Source of the DNA: Verrucomicrobiota bacterium
GTDB lineage: Bacteria; Verrucomicrobiota; Verrucomicrobiia; Verrucomicrobiales; Akkermansiaceae
DNA: 64,000 nucleotides
NCBI GenBank assembly: GCA_040386755.1
Contig: JAZKEY010000004.1
Location: 263,137-327,136, forward strand
Direction: 5' to 3'
Positions 58,552 through 64,000 of the stretch are shown here, one piece after another. A model generated the notes under the pieces. That model saw only the letters and a list, made by a program, of their open reading frames with translations, searched no databases and was not told the origin of the DNA. The translations under genes and the position numbers were made by a program. How positions within the stretch are numbered: the stretch's first letter is position 1; each line of letters opens with the position of its first letter.

Positions 58552-60957
58552 ATGATCCACCCGTCATTAACGCATCTGTCGTCGCTCGCTTTAATTTTCA
58601 TGCCTTTAGGCGTGGTTTCGGCCGCCTCCATCGATTCCGCAGCTTCTGGAAATTGGAATGCCACCGGTACCTGGTCCGGCGGGGCCGTCCCGCAAACCGG
58701 CGTGGGCGATACGGCCAACATTCTATCCAGTCACACCGTCATCTACACCAATGGGGCCCCTTTTGCCGGCTTGGATGGATCCAACGATTTCGGCGTGGGC
58801 AACGGCAATAGCATCAATATCAACGGCGGCATCCTCAGCCAGGCGGAAGGCGGCTGGTGGGTGCGCATCGGCCACAAGGGCGTTGGCACTTTCAACATCA
58901 ACGACGGACGTTTCCATGTCACCGATGCCACCGGCGGAGGCACCGACCTTCAGGTGGGCGTGGAGACCAATGGCAACGGCACGATCAATGTCGGCGACAA
59001 CAGCGGGGACGCCGGCAGCGCCGTGCTCAACCTGCGTGACCGCGTCGCCTTGTCCGCCAACGGGGGTGCTTTCACCATGAATCTCGGCCGCAGCACCGGG
59101 ACCGTCGGGGTGGTCACCATCAACTCCGATGGCGTTCTCGAAAGCGATCAGAAGACGTGGAGCGGCACCACCGCGGTTCAAAATCCCCACATCCGGATCG
59201 GGCAGGCATCGTCCGACGTGCAGAGCGTCCTCAACGTGAAAGCAGGCGGGCAATTCAACGCGCGGGGCAATGTCGAGGTCGCTGCCGAAGGTGGTGCCAA
59301 GGGACGGCTTCATCTGGACGGCTGGCTAGCCCGCATGGACATGTCCGATGGCGAGTTTACTGTCGGCTTTACCGGAACCGGCGCAATGACCGTGGAAAAC
59401 GAAGGGGTCTTTTCCCGTACGAACACAACCGAAGCCAGATCCGATCTCTATGTCGGTCGGAATGGCAGCGGTAACGGCACCATCACGATCGCCTCTTTCG
59501 GCGAATTCCGCCGCCAGTCTGGAGGAAACGTCGGTGACTTGCGCATTGGGTTCGACGGCACTGGCGTGCTGAACGTCGAAGCCGACGGACTCTACCATAA
59601 TGAATCCGGCAACTGGGACTGGCTCGGCCAGAATTCCACCGGCAACGGAACCGTCAACGTCAACGGCGGCATTTTTGAAATCACCAGCGGTTCCAACCTG
59701 ATCATCGGCCTCAACGGGACCGGCACCTTCCACCACAACAGCGGCTCCACCAACGTCAGTGGCATCCGGGCCGGTGTGAACAGCGGCACCGGACTCATCA
59801 CCATCGATGACGGCACGTTCAATGTGCGCGGAGGTTTGTATCTTGGCGGCGACTCCACCACCAGCTTGGGCAACGGCTCCGCCACCATGACTCAAACCGG
59901 CGGAGAACTCCTTGTCGGCGGCTCCTTGGTCGTCGGGATCGCCGCCAATCACACCGGAATCTATAGTCTCACTGGCGGCACCGCCACGCACACCACCTCC
60001 GATATCAGCGTTGGAGAATCAGGCACCGGGACATTAACCATCGCAGCCGAAGCTTCTCTAACCGACACATCGATCACCAGCGGACAGTTTTTTGTCGGTC
60101 GCAATGAAGGATCCGGTGGCACGCTGATCGTCAACGGCACCCTCACCAAAAGCGTTAGTGCCAATGCCATCCGAGTGGGCAACGGCAACGCCGACGGCGT
60201 GGACAACACCAACGCCACCGGCCTGCTAGGCGGCACGGGTTCCATCTCCTCCGACGGCGGAGTCCGCATTGGCAGCCGGGGCACGCTCACCGCTGGTCTT
60301 GCCACCACCGTCGGCGTCCTCGGCATTACCGGCAATCTCGCCTTCTCCTCCGGCGGCAAGCTCAGTGTGGATGTCGACGGAGCCACCGCCGACCGGGTGA
60401 ATATCGTCGGCAGCCTGGATCTCGCCGCAGACGCGTTCACGTTTGATGTTCTCGCCACACCCACCGCGATGAATTATATCATCGCCAAATACACCGGCAG
60501 CCTGACCGGCACGCTCTCCGGCACGACCCTCCCCTCCGGCTATGGGCTTAAACACGACACCGCCGCCAAAGAAATCCACCTCACGAAACTGGGCTTCCTC
60601 GCCTTCATGGATCAATTCTCCGGCCTGAGCGAGGCCGACAAGCTCGCCGGTGCTGACCCGGATCACGACGGCATCAGCAACCTCATCGAGTATGCTCTTG
60701 CGGGATTGAATCCGACGACCCCCGATGCGTCGCCAGGGACTTTGATCGACGGTGTCGTCAGCTTCAACAAACGCGATCTCGCGGTAACCAATGGAGACGT
60801 CGCGTATGGCATCGAGGAGTCGTCTACCTTGGGAGTGGCACCAGACCCATGGGCTCCCGTCACGACCTATATTCTCAATAACGCCACGACCATTTCCAGC
60901 CTTGTTCCCGCGGAATCGTCGAAGCATTTTGCGCGCCTCGCAGTTGTGGGCAATTGA
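58552..60957 (+). CDS. Secreted beta-helix (passenger-like) protein
   Basis: Signal peptide; Gly/Asn/Thr-rich xVGxxGxGxxxxxGG repeats; C-terminal DPDHDGISNLIEYAL...KHFARLAVVGN. Confidence 0.85.
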   Translation: MIHPSLTHLSSLALIFMPLGVVSAASIDSAASGNWNATGTWSGGAVPQTGVGDTANILSSHTVIYTNGAPFAGLDGSNDFGVGNGNSININGGILSQAEGGWWVRIGHKGVGTFNINDGRFHVTDATGGGTDLQVGVETNGNGTINVGDNSGDAGSAVLNLRDRVALSANGGAFTMNLGRSTGTVGVVTINSDGVLESDQKTWSGTTAVQNPHIRIGQASSDVQSVLNVKAGGQFNARGNVEVAAEGGAKGRLHLDGWLARMDMSDGEFTVGFTGTGAMTVENEGVFSRTNTTEARSDLYVGRNGSGNGTITIASFGEFRRQSGGNVGDLRIGFDGTGVLNVEADGLYHNESGNWDWLGQNSTGNGTVNVNGGIFEITSGSNLIIGLNGTGTFHHNSGSTNVSGIRAGVNSGTGLITIDDGTFNVRGGLYLGGDSTTSLGNGSATMTQTGGELLVGGSLVVGIAANHTGIYSLTGGTATHTTSDISVGESGTGTLTIAAEASLTDTSITSGQFFVGRNEGSGGTLIVNGTLTKSVSANAIRVGNGNADGVDNTNATGLLGGTGSISSDGGVRIGSRGTLTAGLATTVGVLGITGNLAFSSGGKLSVDVDGATADRVNIVGSLDLAADAFTFDVLATPTAMNYIIAKYTGSLTGTLSGTTLPSGYGLKHDTAAKEIHLTKLGFLAFMDQFSGLSEADKLAGADPDHDGISNLIEYALAGLNPTTPDASPGTLIDGVVSFNKRDLAVTNGDVAYGIEESSTLGVAPDPWAPVTTYILNNATTISSLVPAESSKHFARLAVVGN

Positions 60958-61124
60958 CCCGCCGACCGAATAACTACCGGAGCTTTACTGCCAGCGGATT
61001 CCCGGATCCGGCTCCTCTCGTCTCGATCATTAACAGTCCCGCCGGCCACTGGCTGCCTGCGGGACTTTTCCCTTTGCGGCTGAAAGAAGAGACACGTATT
61101 TCTCGCTCTAACCGCAACCCGGTT

Positions 61125-61673
61125 TCATGAAAGGGCGGCAATCACCTTGTCCACCGGCAGGCCCATCACGTTTTCGAAGCTGCCGCGGATTTCAGAAATG
61201 ATCAGCTCGCCGGATTCCTGAATCCCGTAGGCCCCGGCCTTGTCCAACGGGTTGGAGAGCGAGAAATATTCGTCAATAGCGGCATCATCCAACGTCAGGA
61301 ACGTCACCTCGGTGATGTCGTGAAACACGTTTTTCCGCCCACCGGGCTCAATCACGCAGACGCCGGTGCAGACCTGATGGGTCCGGCCGGAGAGGCGCCG
61401 CAACATTTCCCGCGCCTCGGCGAGATCGGCGGGTTTTCCCAAAGGAAGGTCGTCGATGAACACCAGCGTATCCGAGCCAATGACCGTCGCATCCGGTCTA
61501 ACCGCCGCGACAGCGGCGGCTTTCAGCGTGGCGTTGAGCTCGCACAGGATGTCCGGTTTCATCGACGCGTCATGGATTTCCTCCGCCGGGGAAACCACCA
61601 CTTCGAAGACGACACCCGCCCGTGCTAACAATTCACGGCGGCGGGGCGAGGCGGAAGCGAGGACGACGGGCAT
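61125..61673 (-). CDS. maf: Maf-family nucleoside triphosphate pyrophosphatase
   Basis: VLASASPRRRELL, IGSDT, GKP, LSGRTHQV, DKAGAYGIQ, NVMGLP. Confidence 0.93.
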   Translation of the reverse strand: MPVVLASASPRRRELLARAGVVFEVVVSPAEEIHDASMKPDILCELNATLKAAAVAAVRPDATVIGSDTLVFIDDLPLGKPADLAEAREMLRRLSGRTHQVCTGVCVIEPGGRKNVFHDITEVTFLTLDDAAIDEYFSLSNPLDKAGAYGIQESGELIISEIRGSFENVMGLPVDKVIAALS

Positions 61674-61726
61674 GGAAATGAAATGGACGGGAGGCGAAGC
61701 AGGATCAAGCTGATAGACCGTGTCGT

Positions 61727-63898
61727 CTATCGCCCTTCAAGCGCTTGAAGGGCCTCCATTTCCTCGTTCATGTATTCCATCAGCCGCTGCATGTCCGTGA
61801 GGTGGCGGCGCATGCGCTCTTCGGTTCCGGGCAGCGAGCCCCCCCGCGGCTGCGGGCGCCGGTTCGTCCGCACCGGTTCCGCCTCCTCATCCTCTTCACC
61901 GATGCTGGCCAACGAGGGGCTCTCCGGATTTTTCTTCAGCAGATTCTCCACCGCGGCGGCGGGCATGAAAAAGGACCGCGTGCGGTCGGCGCGTGCCATC
62001 GTGATCCCGAGCGCACGGCCTTTCAAATCGACGACCGGGCCACCGACTTGGTTTGGCTCCAGCCGCATGTCGGTCTGGATCACGCGGGAGAACGAGTCGC
62101 GGATCTGGCTGATAGGTCCGCCCATGCGTTCCATCTGTTGGAGACGCGCGCCGAAATACTGAGGCATCTTCGGGCGGTTGCCGAGTGACACATCGATCTT
62201 CTTTTCCCGGCCGTTCACCTCGACCCACAGGGAAACCTTCTGACCGGGAGCGACTCCGGTGAGGGCGTTTTGCAGGGCGAGGATTCCTGACACCGGGCGG
62301 TCACCGACTTTGAGGATGACATTTCCCGGCGTCAATCCGGCTTTGGCGGCACCGGAGCCCTCGGTGACTTCGTCGATCTTCACGCCTTTTCCGGTAAAGC
62401 CCCTGGCACCCCGAATCCCGAGGTAGGCGAAGTCGGTATCGCGCAGATTGCGCTCCAGCACGCTCACCACGCCGAACCCGGCGAGACGGCCATCCGGTTG
62501 CGGAGCGGCGAGGAAGCCGCCAAGTTCGGGTGTTTCCCGAGACCATTTCACCGGAGTGAGCACGCCGCCTTCAACATCAAGCAGGACCAGATCCTCGTCC
62601 TCGTAAACACCGCCCACTTTGACCGGACGAACTTCCCCCGCGCCATTGTCGATACGCAGCTTGTCCGAGTAGCGGGCGACTTCGCTCCATTTGCTCAGGA
62701 TGCGAGAGCCGTCGCCGACGACGGTGCCGTAAGCCAGCCGCCGGGTGCCCGACCAGATTCTAACCGTGGACTTGGCGGCTGTGGCGAGGCCCGGTGTGAG
62801 GGCGGCGCTGGATTCCTGATTCTGTGCGGTCACTACCTCACGCTCTTCCGGCAGCATCAGGGGAATCTCATCCTCTGCCCGCAGCGCTCCCCCATCGGGC
62901 AGTGAGCTGTAAATGTCATCGAACCGGGCCAGCACGACATCGACATTGAAGGCCTTGCGGTCGCGCAGGATGCCGAGTTTCACCTTGTCCCCAGCCTGGT
63001 GCTTGGCCAGGGCCTGCAACAGTCGGTTGGTGTCGGGGATTTTCGAACCATTGAGGCTGGTGATCAGGTCACCCGGCCTCACTCCCGCGACGGCGGCGGG
63101 CGACCGCGGCGTCATGGCCAGCACCGGCGCTCCGTTTTTACCCCGGGTATTCGCCATGTCGATGCCGAGCACGGGCTTTTCCGGATTCGCGAACGGATTC
63201 ATCGAAAGCTCTCCCCAGGCCTCACCGGCGCGGAGTCGGTCCCAGTCCTGTTTGAAGCCGTCGATGCCAGCGTGGTTGTTGTTCTTCCATGACACTCCGA
63301 TCGAGGAGTTGATGCCGATGATTTTCCCGGTGATGTCAAAAAGCGGTCCGCCCGAATCGCCGCCGATCAAGGTGCAGTCGGTGGTGAGGAAATTGCCGGG
63401 ACCTTTCGAAACGACCCGGCCGAAGCGGACGGGCGGGGTTCTTGCGGCGTCGAAGCCTGCGGAATGACCGAGCGCGAGGACCCAGTCACCGGCGGCGAGT
63501 GGTTTCGACTCACCCATTTCGACGAACGGCCATGGGCCCTTGTCCTGGATCTGCACCATCGCGATGTCCTTGGAAAAATTCGAGCCCAGCACTTTTCCCT
63601 GAACCTGTTCACCATTCGGGAAGACGACCGTGACTTCGTCGGCCCCCTGCGTGACGTGAGCGGCCGTTAGAATCAGGCCGTCGGCGGTGGTGATCACGCC
63701 GGATCCGGAGGATTCGGTTTTTTCGGAAAGCAGCGCCACCGTGGCGGGCATCACCTTGCGGGAAACCGTCTCGACTTTGGATTGCAGTTGGGTGAGGTCA
63801 TCGAGGGTGCGGACCGGCTCGCGTGCCTGCAGGAAACCGCTGCCGGTGAGCAACCCCAGGCAAAGACCGGCGAGGGGGAAAAAAGAGTTCACTTTCAT
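61727..63898 (-). CDS. Exported S1C (HtrA-like) serine protease with two protease-PDZ modules
   Basis: Module 1 LTAAHV / SKDIAM / GDSGGP; module 2 ILSKWSEV / DEDLVLL / NQVGGP; a PDZ-like segment follows each module. Confidence 0.88.
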   Translation of the reverse strand: MKVNSFFPLAGLCLGLLTGSGFLQAREPVRTLDDLTQLQSKVETVSRKVMPATVALLSEKTESSGSGVITTADGLILTAAHVTQGADEVTVVFPNGEQVQGKVLGSNFSKDIAMVQIQDKGPWPFVEMGESKPLAAGDWVLALGHSAGFDAARTPPVRFGRVVSKGPGNFLTTDCTLIGGDSGGPLFDITGKIIGINSSIGVSWKNNNHAGIDGFKQDWDRLRAGEAWGELSMNPFANPEKPVLGIDMANTRGKNGAPVLAMTPRSPAAVAGVRPGDLITSLNGSKIPDTNRLLQALAKHQAGDKVKLGILRDRKAFNVDVVLARFDDIYSSLPDGGALRAEDEIPLMLPEEREVVTAQNQESSAALTPGLATAAKSTVRIWSGTRRLAYGTVVGDGSRILSKWSEVARYSDKLRIDNGAGEVRPVKVGGVYEDEDLVLLDVEGGVLTPVKWSRETPELGGFLAAPQPDGRLAGFGVVSVLERNLRDTDFAYLGIRGARGFTGKGVKIDEVTEGSGAAKAGLTPGNVILKVGDRPVSGILALQNALTGVAPGQKVSLWVEVNGREKKIDVSLGNRPKMPQYFGARLQQMERMGGPISQIRDSFSRVIQTDMRLEPNQVGGPVVDLKGRALGITMARADRTRSFFMPAAAVENLLKKNPESPSLASIGEEDEEAEPVRTNRRPQPRGGSLPGTEERMRRHLTDMQRLMEYMNEEMEALQALEGR

Positions 63899-64000
63899 GG
63901 TTTGTAGAATCCTGAGCGACGCCCGTTTGTCGGTTTGTCTGTCCCAATAATCAAGGATGGAAGGTTCGAAAAGGATCGCTTATCATTTGCACGAAGATGC

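Overview
High-GC bacterial chromosome segment, most likely Verrucomicrobiota (Luteolibacter/Verrucomicrobiaceae-like); this is inferred from the PVC-type heme protein, the expanded LacI family, beta-helix surface proteins and REP-like palindromes. All family calls come from motif recognition; no database search was run. From left to right: a truncated RelE-like gene; a GH2 hydrolase; a GH-A/GT2 fusion; a PVC-type cytochrome c beta-propeller protein; DUF2071; a 21-bp heptad tandem repeat; a tandemly duplicated two-gene module of unknown membrane-anchored helical-repeat proteins punctuated by REP-like palindromes; fabG-ACP-flippase; an 1874-aa beta-helix surface protein; a DUF962(Mpo1)/PI-PLC/neutral ceramidase trio (candidate sphingolipid-foraging locus); a redoxin; MoeZ; a seven-gene Nit1C (MSMEG_0567-0572-type) nitrilase/radical SAM cluster with a candidate sigma54 promoter, a divergent LacI regulator and a diverged second nitG; an SGNH esterase; gyrB-gyrA; rnd; an unknown secreted protein; carboxynorspermidine dehydrogenase; a type II secretion operon (G-H-I-J-K-L-M-X-D, no E/F); a probable 6S RNA; SanA; a DAGK-family kinase; a second beta-helix protein; Maf; and a tandem protease/pseudoprotease-PDZ protein. 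Three secreted proteins share a C-terminal DxDxDG-xxN-xxE[YW] domain that could be a sorting signal. No rRNA, tRNA, CRISPR array or transposase was seen.
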